A stretch of 64,000 nucleotides of DNA, from positions 37,510,001-37,574,000 of the forward strand of contig CM068743.1 of the NCBI GenBank assembly GCA_035084275.1, given 5' to 3'. Below the pieces are notes generated by a model. That model saw only the letters and a list, made by a program, of their open reading frames with translations. It did no database searches and was not told the DNA's origin. Shown here piece after piece: positions 38,317 through 52,348 of the stretch. Within the stretch, counting starts at the first letter, position 1; each line of letters opens with the position of its first letter. This stretch comes from Hydrolagus colliei. Its lineage: Eukaryota. Both the position numbers and the translations under genes were made by a program.

Positions 38317-38758
38317 GTCCTGTAGCTCGGTGGTTAGAGCACTTGCCTCTCAAGTATGAGACAGTGGGTTCAATTCCCGGCAGGCCAAAATGTTGGGCAA
38401 ATTTCCTTAGTCCATATTCCTCCGTTAACCTAGAAGTATGTAAGAACCTGTTTTTTAGTCAACTGGTGGATCGCTTTTCCGGAGGTAATAATTCCTTTAA
38501 AAAATGTTTTAATAATAAATTGGTCACTTTAATCCACAACTGTTTGCAGAACACTGCTGTGCGCAGTTGGCTGCAACGTTTCACCCACAAAATATGGTCA
38601 ATTCACTTTACAGTATATTCTGTGAAGCATTTTGTGACTTCCAGAATAACAAAAATAAAATTACATTTGTATAGCAGCTTTTACATTGGGAGGACGTTCC
38701 CAGGGTGCTGGAAGACTTGACTTGATACGGTGTTATATCAAATGCAGGGATTATTATA
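38317..38758 (+). mobile_element. tRNA-derived SINE with an inverted L2 tail fragment inside
   Basis: Family head and tail; ACATTTGTATAGCAGCTTTTACATTGGGAGGACGT insert at about 38645-38710. Confidence 0.8.
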
Positions 38759-39052
38759 TATTATCACAACATGTAATTATGCAAACCCATGACAAGAAAT
38801 CCAGCCCAAGTAAGATCCAGATGTTCAATCTAATCCATAGTCTTTCTTTCAATGCTATTTTAGACGTCTATTCATGGCAGTGGATATAGTTTGTTTCATC
38901 GAAAAAAGAAAATAACGCAAAATAAAGGAAACATTGTCGAAAAAGAAAATAACGCAGTGTTTCTCAGGGAGTAATCTCACTGAAGAGTCAACAACTGATA
39001 ACTGAACTTTGATTAGATTTCTGCATTTTTTAATGGAAGTTGGTACTGGCTG

Positions 39053-39350
39053 GATCCTGTAGCTGGATGTGGAGTCCCCGCCTTACAAGCGAGAGATCTG
39101 GGTTCAATTCCAGGCAGGGTGAAACCTTGGGCAAGTTTTGTTACTCCACACGCCTAATAATAAAAATCCCTCCAAAAAATGGGTCACTTCAATCCATAAC
39201 TGTTTGTGGGACATTGCTGTGTGCAATTGGCTGCCGTGTTTCGCCCACATATATCATCAGACTACTTTACAGTATATTCTGTGATGCGCTTTGAGATGTC
39301 TAGAAGATGTGAAAGTAGCTATATCAAATGCAAGGATTATTATTATTATT
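39053..39350 (+). mobile_element. tRNA-derived SINE
   Basis: Family consensus. Confidence 0.86.
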
Positions 39351-41533
39351 TGTTGAATTTTTGGTTAATTAACACTAGTGATTTCCATCTCTGTGATAGT
39401 TCAAGCTAAATCATAAGTTTTGAAAATGTAAGTGGCTTAAAGTAGACAAATTCACTGCTTCCAGAATTACGCTCTAAATTTATTCGCAGAAATCTCTCTG
39501 TCCTTCCTCGAACCGCTAAAACGTATTCCCAAAGAATTTTTCTTTGCAAGACAACTATTTGACCTAATACATTCTCAATTTTACTATTAAATTGACATGT
39601 ATGAAATACATGGGTCAAGGGAATTTGCTTGCAGTACACAAACATAACATGGTGATTGCAAGTCGTTTATTTCGGGAAAAAAAAGGCCAAAACATTAAAC
39701 AGTAACTTGTAAACTGATGAATTTTGCTACAACATCAGGTCTACTGTGGCACACCTTCAGCCCTCATCTCGACCATAAGCATCATCTTTAATTCTTCATC
39801 TAAAACATCTATGTACAGTTGTCAGAGATTCTGCCATTCCCCCTACAACTCCCCCCTAAATTCTGAATACATGAGAAAAATAACTTACAAAAAAAATCTA
39901 AAACTATTGAAAATAAATTTTGAAATTGAGGTGTCAAATTATCGCCAGATAAGTTGTAATGAAGGAGGCCCATTTGATTTCATCCTTGTAGAATATCAAC
40001 CTTATCGGGTCTCAATATCAGAGCGACAAGAAGTTTTTATATAAAAGAAAAATTGTGTATTCACCTAGGCTGTGACTCCTCAAGATACTGTACTCCATGA
40101 TGCAAGGGAGCAATTTGTCAGCAGAATAAAGCGTGGAATTTATCATTTTAATTCACTCTGCAAATGCATTCACTTGTTTTCAATTTTGTACCTACGATCC
40201 TGCTTCAGATTTCACTATCTGAGGTTAGACAAAGTTAGACAAAACGGATGGTTCAAAAGGGACATCCAGAAACTCAAAAACAGCTATTTGTGTCAATAAG
40301 ATCTGCAATTACCAGACCAGAATAATTGAGAACTTAAGATGAATAATTCTGTAACTATACCAAAGTGAAAACTACATCTAGAAGATGTTCAGAACCGAGC
40401 ACTTAAGAAAAAAATTGGGTAAATCAGTGTTTCCAAAAAGGACATGTACATGTTGAAGTCAAAGGCAGTAAAACACAAAGTGCTGAAACTAGGCCACAGG
40501 GCCATAACCTATTCTATATGCAGTATACTGTACATTTACCCAGGATACTTTCAACACAGTAGCCTTACATCTACGTAGAAATTTCTTGAGCTAGCAATCT
40601 AACAAATACAGTCTGACAAATTCGGATGATGGGTCGTGGACCCGAAACGTTAACTCACTTTTCCTTTCTCCATAGATACTGCCTGAGCTGCTGAGTTCTG
40701 CGATTTCTATTTTTGTAACAAAAATAGATGTTGTGGTGTTTGGCTTCCAGATAGACATACTCATGTCTGTCCTACCCCCACCTCACTTCTTAAGAGATTC
40801 AACATTCCTTCTGCTGTCCATACATATTTCTCAGTATCCAGACAGCCAGATGGTCTACAGGCAGCTTCCAGTTAACTACAATTCCACAGAAAGTCTCACA
40901 CTGACACTCCCTCATCAAATTATACCAATTACTTTTACTCGATAAGTACAGAGGCTTACTTCCAGCTTAAAGGAAATCGGAGTAATTTCAGATGCATCTG
41001 TCATAATTTTCCAAAGCTCACTAGATTCGGAAATTGTGCCTTTAGATTGGAAAATTGTGAATGTCACCCTTTTTGTTTCAAAGAAGGGAAGGGAGGAAAA
41101 ATCAGGAAATTACACACCTGTTAGCTTAGCGTTAGTTGAAGGGAAAATACTGGAATCCATCATCAGGGACAGAGTGAGCGAACACTTGGGGGAGAGGTAC
41201 GAGCTTGTGGAAACGTCAGCGTGGGTTTGTGAAGGGTAGGTTGTGTCTAACTAATTGAGTTGAATTTTTTGAAGAAATCACCAAAATGGTAGATAAGAGT
41301 GTCTATGGATGTCGTTTATATGGACTTTCAAAAGGATAAGATCCCACAAAAAGATTATTAGCAAAAATAGAAGCGCACGGAATCAGAGGTAACCTTGTGA
41401 CATGGCTCGGCAATTGGTTGGGAGGCAGGAAACAGAGTAGGGAACGTTCTCTGATTAGGAGGATGTGACAAGGTCCCTTATGGATCTGTACCGGGACCTC
41501 AGCTTATTGCCACATATATTATATATATGTGTA

Positions 41534-41895
41534 TACTAAAAGCCCGTTTATCCCTGACCTGATCAACCAGATTGCTCGACCCCCTCCTGGGGCAATTCCC
41601 CATTCTAGCAATCACGAGTATACTCACTTTGCGCATGCACATTTGTTAAACTTATGAACTTTGGGTTTTTATCGATTGGAAAAATGCTTTTTTACCAATT
41701 ATTTTACCGAGTGTGCTGGAATCTTTATGGTAAGTATCCATACAATATTCTGCTACTATTTAGTATATTATTAATATGGTATGTTTTAAAATAAGTAAGT
41801 TTTTCTGTTGGGTTTTCGGCAACTTGCCAGCCGATTATCCGATACAGTCAATTTTCGACCCCCCCGGAGGGTGCCGGATAAATGGGCTTTTGCTG
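41534..41895. mobile_element. Tigger/pogo-like MITE inserted in a CR1 LINE
   Basis: Degenerate TIRs (..TAAAAGCCCGTTTATCC / GGATAAATGGGCTTTTGCTG); TA flanks. Confidence 0.8.
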
Positions 41896-41934
41896 TATAT
41901 AAATGACTTGGATGAAGAAACAGAAAGTTTTATA

Positions 41935-42496
41935 CAGTAAAAGACCGTTTATCCGCGACCTGATCAACCGTAACTTCCGTATAACCGGCACCTCAAAAAA
42001 AAAGGCCCCATTCGAAAGGGGTGGGAGGAGGAGTGAGAGGGTGGCGGGGGTGGGGGAAAGAGAGGGTGGCGAGGGGGAGAGAGTGGATTAACTGATTAAT
42101 TTAGATGGAAAATTAGAGGAGTGGAGGGGGGTTGGGTTTGAGATGCCAGACTGACTGAATGTCTGTGTGAAAGAGGGAAGGAGGGAGAGAAAGGAAAAAA
42201 AAGGAAAAAATCGACAGTACCGTTTAAAGAGGAAAAAACTCTTCCATCCGCCATTGTAGAAGTTTGCTTTGTGATCATGTGCTGTTTTATAGACTGTAAT
42301 CGATATTTATTGCTTTATTGGTAAGTATCATACAATATTCCATTTTTATTTAGTCTATGATTAATATGGTATGCTTAAAAATAAGTAACATTTTTGGTGT
42401 GTTGGGTTTTTGGCAAATTGCCGCCCAAATATCCAGCGTGCCGTTTAACCGACATTGGCCAGGTCCCGAGGGTGCTGGATAAACGGGCTTTTACTG
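41935..42496. mobile_element. Tigger/pogo-like MITE inserted in a CR1 LINE
   Basis: TIR CAGTAAAAGACCGTTTATCC / GGATAAACGGGCTTTTACTG; TA TSD. Confidence 0.88.
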
Positions 42497-44043
42497 TATT
42501 CAAGGTTTGCAGACAACACAAAAATAGGAGGCTCAGTTAGTGTAGACGGGAGTAGTAAGTTACAAAGAGACTGAGACAGATTAAGTGAGTGGGCAAAACT
42601 GTGGCAGATGGAGTTAAATGTAGGGAAGTGCAAGGTCATACACGATGGACCAAAACAAGATGAGGCAGAATATTTTCTTAACAGGGAGAAATTAAGAGCT
42701 GTGGAAGAGCAAAAAGATTTGGGCATCTATATCCATAAAGATTTAAAAACTAGTTCCCAGGTGCAAAACATAATCAAAAAGGCAAATTGAATGTTGGCCT
42801 TTTTCTCAAGAGGCCTGGAATACAAAAAGGAAGAAATGATGCTTCAGCTGTATAGAACGTTAGTCAGATCCCACCTGGAGATTGTATTCAGTTTTGGGCA
42901 CCACACTTCAGGAAAGATATATTGGCCCTGGAGGGGGTACAGTGCTGGTTCACCAGAATGTTACCAGGTATAAAAGCGTTAACTTACGAGGAAAGGCTGC
43001 GTAAACTTGGATTGTACTCTCTTAAATTTAGACGGTTTGAGAGGTAATTTGATTGAGGTATTTAAAATGATAGGATAAATAAAGATAAGCTATTTCCTCT
43101 GGTGAGGGAATACAAAACAAAGGGGCAGTCTTAAAATTAAAACCAGGCCATTTGAGTGAAATCAGGAAGCATTTTTTCACTCAAAGGGTGGTGGAAATCT
43201 GAAATTCTCTTTCCACAAAAGGTCGTGGATGGTGGATCCATCTACACCTTCAAGAATGAGGTTGATAGATTTTTGATAGGTCAGGGTATTAAGGGATACG
43301 AGGTGAAAGCGGGAAATTGGAATTGAACAACAACTTCAATTTATATAACGCCCTCCACGCTGGATGGCGTCTCAAAGCGCTTCACAACAACAGATCCCGG
43401 GATTAAAGGATTAGTAGATGCAGATCAGCCACGATCTAATCAAATGCTAGAACAGGCTCGATGGGCTGAAGTGCATACTCCTGTTCCTATGTTCCTAAGA
43501 TAACCTACAAAATTTACTGTGCAGCAAATCTGAACCAAGAATACATAGCCCCTTTGAACCCACCCAGGCCCCCCATTCCCCCTCCCCGTAGCTTGACATC
43601 GAACCCGCCATTGTGAATACAAATTGCAATCCCTGGATTCCGTTTATAATGGCGCTCCTGAAATTCCAGGATTTTATTTTAAAATATATATAAAACACAG
43701 CAGCAGATTCCAGGATTTTATTCAAAAATATATAACACAGCAGCAAAGTTATTTTTCTGTGTCTCTCTTTTTGTCCCTTGTCAAGCCATTGGGTTGCTGA
43801 GGCACCGGGAGGAAGGGGAGTCAGTGACTCGCTCTGCGACAGGTTGTTGTGAATACCTCGCCCTCTCGGCTGAGTTCACTGGTATTTCTCCAAGGCAAGG
43901 TATAGCACCTCAGGATCCCACGATTCGAAGCATTAAATCCTGAAATCCTGCAGTATTCAGAAAAAGCACCAGGATTGCAATCTCTAATTGTGAGGCACTC
44001 AAAGCCACTATCCCTTGTGAAGGGGACTATCTAAATGCAAGTA

Positions 44044-44253
44044 CAGTAAAAGCCTGTTTATCCATCACCCGATCAACCGTAACTTCCGTTATAACTAGCA
44101 TCGCAAAAAAAAAGTCCTCATTCGATTAACCGGAATTTATCTGGAAAATTGCATTGAAATTTGTTTTTTTTGCGTTTTCAGCCGAATATCCGGCACTCAT
44201 TTTAACCGGCATTGGCCAAGTCCCAAGAGTGCCAGATAAACGGGCTTTTACTG
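44044..44253. mobile_element. Short Tigger/pogo-like MITE, same family
   Basis: TA-CAGTAAAAGCCTGTTTATCC...GATAAACGGGCTTTTACTG-TA. Confidence 0.88.
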
Positions 44254-46106
44254 TAGTAGTTGTTACAGTCTTTCAGCTTTTTAAAAATGGCATTGCAGAC
44301 AGTGTCCTTTCCCATTCTCGGTTATGTAAGGCTACTAACCCACCCTCGTTTGGCTACATGTCCCAGAATGAGAATTCAAAATCTTTATTCATATTTTTAA
44401 ACTCCTTCACCCACCTCTGCTACCTCCTCAAACTATACCAACCCAGCCACTCCCTTTGCTCAGTGAGCACCAATCTCTTTCATGTCCCTTACCCTACCTG
44501 TCCAACCATTGCAGACTGGCCTTCGGGCAATCTATCCTCACTCTCTTGAACTCCATCCCCTGTCCTTTAACTTGCTCCCTCCCATACCTTGTTCAAGGTC
44601 CATCTCAAGACTTACTTCTTTGATCATCTTTGATTTCTGGCATCTTTTCCCTCCTTACTCCCTTAAAGCGCTTTGAGATGTCTCGCAGACATGGTTAGGT
44701 GTTATATCAAATGCAAGGATTATCATCAGAGCCCATCCCCTGCTCAAGCTAGACCTGCTTAGCACTGCGGGACATTCTCCTGTTGAGCAAGGTGCTTTAT
44801 CAAATGTACGTTTATATTGTATTGTGGCAAAAGTGCAACAACAACAAAAACATTCAATTTTTAGAGCACTTTTCACATCAGGAGGACGTCCCAATCTTTG
44901 TACAGTTGAGAAACTGTCCAAAATTCACAACTGCATGCTTCACTCATGAAGTGGAAACGTTTTTCTGAGGAAGGTACTTGTGGAATCTATGCACCTTTAA
45001 ATCTCAACTCTATTCAGATTTCCATGTTAAGGACTTGAATAGAAAAGTGTTGACTCAGTATAGGTATAAATATTCAGCTTCGAGATATGTTTACAAAGAA
45101 CATATTAACATGTCAACGCCAGTGTGAGGAATGAAGAAAAGTTCTATTCCCAGCACCAGCTTCACACCTAGATAAACTTGAAAAAAAATGAAAGTGAAAC
45201 TTATTGATCATCATTCAGGTAATTTGTCACATTCCCATTTCCAGATAATTTATGGCACCTAATTTTAAAAAATGGTTTTGACAACACCCAAAACCTCATC
45301 AGATGAGTAATTTACAGAACAGGGTTCAAAAATACAGTTGTCTTATCCTAAATGTACATCTTACGTAAAGTTGTGAAACACTTGGTATACACCCTGTGAG
45401 ACAAACCATCTGCATCAAGTCGCAGCATTTGTTTTGTAATCCTTGTCCTGTGATAACAATTTGCAAGGCAGTGACATTTTTTCCAATTGAAATACTGCGT
45501 CCAATAATCCACCTTTACGCAATTAGAAAGCTATAATGCAGAATGCAGCAATTTGGCCCATCTATAACCACATCAATTTTCCACGAAGCAATTCTGAAAT
45601 GGGGACAATGCCAACAATACAAACAATATAATGGTTGAAACAGGAGGACCAGCCAACTAAAATGACAAGAAAAACAAAAAATAGTCCAATGGCTGGAGTG
45701 GGGGGGGGGGGGGGGGGGGGAGAATCACATGCTGCGGTTCATACAATTTTAAAGTTCCCAGTACAGTCCTACTGGATTATGTTAACATGGCAGGGACTGA
45801 GTGGAATTTGGCTACATAAGCAGGTTTTGACATAAACGGACTACAATGCAGACTGTTCAGATCAATTGAGAACCCCAAAGGAGCTCAAAGGGAAGGATCT
45901 AAAGGTTTTCACAGCACTGTAATTAGATCTACCCAGCAAGATCAGCACAAGGCACCCTGTGCAATGACTCACATACAGGCGCCACGTTTACCCAATCACT
46001 CATGCGTGAAGATAAGGGCCTGTCAACATAAGCAGTAAGACACAATGAGTATAACACTGTTATGGATTTGAAAAATGTATCAATATAAGCATGCCACAGT
46101 TTATGT

Positions 46107-46670
46107 CAACATCAACAACAACAACAATTTACATTTATAGAGCGCCTTTCACGTCGGGAGGACGTCCCAAGGCGCTGAACAGGAGGCGTGTGACCAGAGC
46201 TGGGAGGGGAGTGTTTGGGAAGGGGTGAAACATGAAGGGGAGGTAAAAGAGTTCGGGGTGGAACAAAAGGCACGATCGAAGAGGAAAGTCTTCAAACCGG
46301 CCTTGAAAGAGGAAAGGGAAGAGACGAAATGGAGGGATTGAGGGATGGCATTCCATAAGGTGGGAGCGGAGAAACCGAAGGCCCGGCCTCCGATGGTGGG
46401 GCGGTTCGGGCGGGGGGCTTGGAGCAGGCCAAGTCCCGTTGAACGGAGGGTCCGGGTGGGCGTGTAGGGGGAGAGTAGATCGGTTAAATAGGGCGGGGCA
46501 AGGCCGTGTAAGGCCTTATAGGTGAGGACGAGGATCTTAAACTCGATCCTCTGGAGGATGGGGAGCCAGTGGAGACGGGCGAGGGTGGGGGTTATGTGGT
46601 CGCGGAGGCGGGTGCGGGATAGTACACGGGCTGCAGAGTTTTGGATGGCCTGCAGCCTATGAATGGAATA
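46107..46670 (-). mobile_element. L2 LINE 3' fragment (young subfamily)
   Basis: Highly similar to 52349-52910. Confidence 0.9.
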
Positions 46671-46894
46671 TCAACAGTAAATTTATGTGTTCCTATTTGG
46701 GAAAATGACAGGGACTGCAATTTTTGACCTGATAATCATTTTATTAAGCAAGATTTCAATATAAATGGGTCCGAGATAAATGGGTTGGATAGTACTGTCA
46801 TTTGTCTCACAGAAATTGCTGTGACGAAAAAACTGTCCTCACCAAGTTTCACATTTAATATCCACCAAAAGTCTAGATGAATTTAGTGTAATTT

Positions 46895-47201
46895 TAATAA
46901 TAATACTCCTTGCATTTGATAGCACTATTCGCATCTTCTAGATGTCTCAAAGCGCTTCACAGAATATATTGTAAAGTGAATTGACAGTATATTTGTGGGC
47001 GAAACGTGGCAGCCACTTATGCACAGCAATGTCCGACAAATAGTTGTGGATTGAGTGAATAGATTTTTTTGTGTGGGGGGGTGGAATACAATTCGGCATG
47101 TGGAGTAAAGAAAGTTGCCCATGGCTCTATCCTGCCAGGAATCTAACCCAGGTCTCTCTCTTGAGAGGTGAGTACTCCAACCACTGAGCTACAGGACTCC
47201 A
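46895..47201 (-). mobile_element. tRNA-derived SINE
   Basis: Family consensus. Confidence 0.86.
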
Positions 47202-49446
47202 CATTTTACACTGTAATGCAAGATTCTATTGAAATTTTGTTTTCAGTCAACCTCTTATCTTAACACAAGGAAGCCCATCACAAGGAAGACATTAACAGAA
47301 CTCTATCCGGGCAAAGTTCCACATATGTATTGCAATAACATGTCAGCCGGGTTCTGTTAATAGCACTCTTGATGTTGAATCAGAAGGTTGTGAGTTCTGG
47401 CTGACAAGCCAATGCCAATGTAGTGCTCAGGGTGAACAGAATTGATGGATGAGATGTGAAACTAAGATCTCATCTGCCCATGCAGATAGACATTACAGTT
47501 CTCATGGCATGATCTGAAGATGTGGGTGCTTTTCCCAGCATAGAATCTCTCATATAATTGGTCTCACACTTTAGAAGTCTTTGGGAAATTGCTGTGTGCA
47601 AATTTGTATTAAATGCCTTGTTCTATTCCCCGAGTCATACACAAAATTCACTTATGCACATAAACTGGTCACAGCACATGCAGGGGAACAAGATTAGAAA
47701 ATGTTGCAGTAATCAGGGCTAACAGAGGGGACACAAAACAGAATTGAACTTTACCAATTTAAAATCATTTGAAATTTTGTGAATCACTTCACTTTCAAAC
47801 AATCGACCTTTTCTGCTTTTATATTGCAGTACACGGGAAGCTTGTAGGCCCAGAGTATGGTGTGAAGCAGGTTTACATGGCTTCCAAAAAGACACCGTGG
47901 ATTAAATGTTACACCTATGCGTGGTTGTTGGTTGAGGTCAATGCTCAAATATCATGTTAACATCGAAATACTCACATCTGTGTAACAATGGGAAGAGTTA
48001 TTTTGTGGTGTCCACATGTCAAATGATATTTCACATGAGAACAACGAATTGGATCAAGACAAGCACAGATGTGCAGAACATCAATGGTCTACCTGCTGCA
48101 GAATCAGGCGTTCACAATCAGAATCTAAAACGAGCAAAATTGCTCACTATATCGTATATTACTAACTATCTGTGTAGACAAGTGATTAAAAAGTTGATTT
48201 GATTGATGTCATTAATTATGAATGATCTTAATTTTCATTAAAAGACTTGTGTGTGGTACCATAAAGTGTTTTCTGAAAATCCAAGTTGATTATATTCACT
48301 GGATTGCTTTTCCAAAATTAATTAGCACATTAAGAAAATCCAACAGATTAGTAAACACACATAGCTCAAACATCTGTTAATCTTGGTCATGCCCTGTTCT
48401 CTGATCATACAGTATATTCGCAAGATTTTAAAATATACTCCACCATTTCCCTACCCTACTGACTCAGTTGGTGTAACTCCGGCCCCCAAATCAGAACAAA
48501 ACAACAACATTACATTTATAGAGCGCCTTTCGTGTCGGGAGGACATCCCAAGGTGCTGATTCAGAGAGCACAACCTTCACAACGAAGGTTGGTTTGTGGG
48601 TTCTTGGAAGTCATTTAGTCTGAACTGATCCCCCAACTCAGTGCTTGCGACGTCCTCCCGACATGAAAGGCACTACACAAGTGTAATTTTGTTGTTATTG
48701 TTGTTGGGAGTGAAGCTACATTATTGGAAATGCTGCCCTTCAGATGAGATGTCGAACCAAGATCCCATCTAAAGATTCAATGGCACTATTCGCAAACAAA
48801 AAGGGAGTTTCTTCTGGTGTCCTGGCCAACAACAACCCCCAAAAAATGGATAAAACACTTTAAGGCTGTTTGCAGGACATTGTACATGAATTAGCTGCTG
48901 AATTAGCTGCTGCATTATCCCACTAAAAATGTCACAACAATTTACAATATTAACCTTTGAAGGAAGCATTTCGAACCATCTCACTCATATGAAAGGCGCT
49001 ATAACAAATTGGAATTATATTAACTATAGAATTTTTTAGTGTATTATGCTCAACGTAATCATACCCATTTCTTCAAAAAACAATTTGCCTTCAATATAGC
49101 GCCCTTTACATGAATAGCATCGAATAGTTAACAGTCGTGTAGTTTGAGACCGAGCTGGGAAGTACAATAATACCGAGCTGTACTACAATAGAGAAGTCTT
49201 CAGGTGTGCTCTGAAAAGATCACAAAAGATGTTCTTCGTCACCTGTCCTTCAGATGAAATGTTAAACCAAGGCCGTCTGTTTTCTGCCTGGTCAGTGGAT
49301 ACTAAAGGTCCTATACCACTAACTGAAAAGAGAAGGGAGTTTCTCCCGGTGTCTTGGCCAATAAAATCAGTCATTCACTGTTTGCAGGGCATTGCTGTGT
49401 GCAAATTGGCTGCCGGGTTTGCCTACAAAACTTATTTACTGTATAC

Positions 49447-49865
49447 TAGGGTCCGTCGATATGGAAATTTTCCGATATTGATGTATCGGTGGGCTCATAT
49501 CGATATATACCGATATATCTATATTTCCGGGTGTTTTTATACTGTGCATGCGTGCGCATTCGGTGGGGGTGGGGGGTGCGCACGCATTCGGATGTGCATG
49601 CGCATTCAGGGGCGTGTGCTTATTCAGAGGTACGTGCGCATTCCGGGGTGCGTGCGCATTCCGTTCTCTAGGCCCGGGAGGTTGCAATGCTGGTGACAAG
49701 GTAAGCTGGAAAAGATCGCATTATACCGATAATAACAATATATCGCTGGAAACGATATACCGATATTTACGATATACCGATATATTTTTTCATATCGAAT
49801 TTTTCGATATATTATAAAATATATGAAAAATTATATCGATATACCCGATATATCGCCAGACCCTA
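49447..49865. mobile_element. hAT-type MITE, same family, inserted in an old Deu-type SINE
   Basis: TAGGGTCCGTCGATAT...GACCCTA ends; 8-bp TSD CTGTATAC on both sides. Confidence 0.9.
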
Positions 49866-50554
49866 CTGTATACTATAGTATATCCTGCAAAGTGCTTTGA
49901 GACATCCTCCCAAACATGAAAGGCACTAGACGAAATGTAGTCCCTAAAACCACTTTCTGGTTAAATGTAAAATACATATCAATTAGGCAATGTAGAATCG
50001 GAAGTTAATGGTTTAACTAACTGTGGATCTTAGATAATTTCAGAATCCAGCTCTGGGACAATCTTGACGGCATGTTATCACATGCATAAATTCTTATTTA
50101 TTTCAAGGTGCTGGATGAAATGCAAAGTTTTTCATTTAATATTCTCAGATTTCACAATTTGTTGTTCACAATTTCACACACCTCAACACATTCTGCCTGC
50201 TTCTCTAACCATTTCCAAATTTTTGAAGATCAAACCCATGCTGTAACCCATGTTATTCCACAATCGCCTTGCTAGGATGGTTAAGTCAAAGTTATCTCAG
50301 ATATCAAGAAACAAATTCCTTAACCTAGCAGGTTTCTTTCATTAAGACTAAAACAGAACCAAAGGCTTTTCACGCCCATTATTCCAAGAGCACAAACTCC
50401 ATTCAGTCATGTACTTGATCCTACCATCTCCCATTAAAGAATGGCTTTCAATATTCAAACGTGACCTTTCATTCTCCAGAAACATTGAATGCCATTTTAA
50501 AGAAGGGTGCTGAGAATTGTGCCTGTTCCAAATTTGGCTTCATAAGCCAAATTT

Positions 50555-50885
50555 GGAGCTCCTGTGGTTGGAGCACTTGTCTTGCAAGCTGGGGAGACCA
50601 AGCTGGGGAGACCTATGTTTGAATCCAGGCAGGTCAGGGTGAAACCTTGGGCAAGTTTCCCTTACTCCACACGCCTAATAATAATCCATCCCCAAAAAAA
50701 CCCCACAATAATACAATTGGTCATTTCAATCCACGACTGTTTGTGGGACACTGCTGTGCGCAACTGGCTGCCGCGATTCGCCCACAAATATACAGTCAAT
50801 TCATTTTACAGTATATTCTGTGAAGCACTTTGGGACGTCGATAAGATGTGAAAATCGCTATATCAAATGCAAGGATTATTATTAT
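50555..50885 (+). mobile_element. tRNA-derived SINE, variant with a 15-nt head duplication
   Basis: CAAGCTGGGGAGAC-CAAGCTGGGGAGAC in the head. Confidence 0.9.
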
Positions 50886-52348
50886 GAAAGATTTATCAAG
50901 TAAAGAATATCCTTTTACATTATATTTGAATGCCAACCTAGTATTTGATTGGCTTTCTTGGCTCACACTTTGCATTTTGTACATTAAAATGCTTTTGCCA
51001 ATCAATGGCTCATATGCTTAATTGATTCAGATAATCTGAAATACTATATAGTATCCTCAAACAGGTATTATTTGTCACATTTCTTAACAAAAGTAAATTT
51101 CATAATATTAAAAAGAAGCATCTTGCAGGCACAACAGCCATTTATTTGCACAAAGTAATGTCCCACAAGCAGCCACAAAGTAAATGCCCAATTTTCTGTG
51201 AGGGATTATTGGCCAGAACACTAGGTGAAACTCCCTCCCTCCACCTCCCCACAAAAATCATGTTATGGGACCTGAACAGGTTAGGGGCTCAGTTTAACAT
51301 CTCACCTGAAGTACACCACCTCCAACAATGTCCCACAACCCCGGCACTGAGGTACCTTGGCTGCATACTGTATACAGTACATGCGGGCGAAAAGTGGCAG
51401 CTAATTGCACACAGCAGTGTCCCACAAACAGTCAAGATTGAAATTACCAATTTTTTTTGAGAGATTATTATTAATGCAGCCATTGTTAATTTCATCCTGA
51501 TTTTCAGAAGACTGAACAATTTAAAGAAAATATTAAATCCCGATTTTTTATCCAGTGTTATAACTGCCAACCCTGAACACAGTCTGTAAAATGTAGTAGA
51601 GTGGTGGTACTCAGCCCAGTTACTAAATTCACCAATCTCAATCATGAACATTCTTCAAATGGCTACCAATTAAGAGAACAATATGTCAGTATTCATATTA
51701 CTGATCACCATCCAGGAAACTCATCTGAGAAATGTTCACAAAAAGGGTTGATGTTAAGCAAAGATAGAACCAGGCCTCATCATGAAGCTCCAACTCATTC
51801 CCACTATAAACTACCCTTTATAATTCTAGATATCTAATAAAAAGCTGACTGAAGCTCTTGTTTCAGGCTTTCATTGGGCCCTTGACAAAGACTGCTTTCC
51901 TCTGTCCACCTCAATGCAGCCAAACCCTCATTCATACTTTAGTAATCTCCAGGTGAATAATCCAGTGCTTCCCTCGATAGGTTTACCAAACAAACTCTCA
52001 GAGCTCTGTAAGCATTGTTTCCCTTCTTTCAGAAATCCATTATCCTCACCAATTACTCAAAGGTTGATTATTCAACGATTTGATATCAAGATCCTAATTC
52101 TAGCTTCCAAATTCAGAGGCCCTTATCCCTGCAATCTCACTCTCATCACAAAATGAGGCCTGCTGCACATTCAGCTCCTTTCTGCAACATTTAGCCACTT
52201 CTCTGAAATCCCAAAGAACCTCTATTTAGTGACTGGTGAATCGTAGCCACAATAAAACCTTCCAAGTAATGACGGGAAAAAATTGAGACATACATTTCCG
52301 CAAGTTTTAAAATCTAAATGAATGTTGGTTTGCAAATATTAGAAATTG

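Larger units (their letters stand above)
40975..43500 (+). mobile_element. Decayed CR1 LINE (RT region to 3' end) interrupted by two MITEs
   Basis: PLDWKIVNVT..F.KKGREE.SGNYTPVSL; INDLD...FADNTKIGG; MELNVGKCKVIH; LYRTLVRSHLE. Confidence 0.88.
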
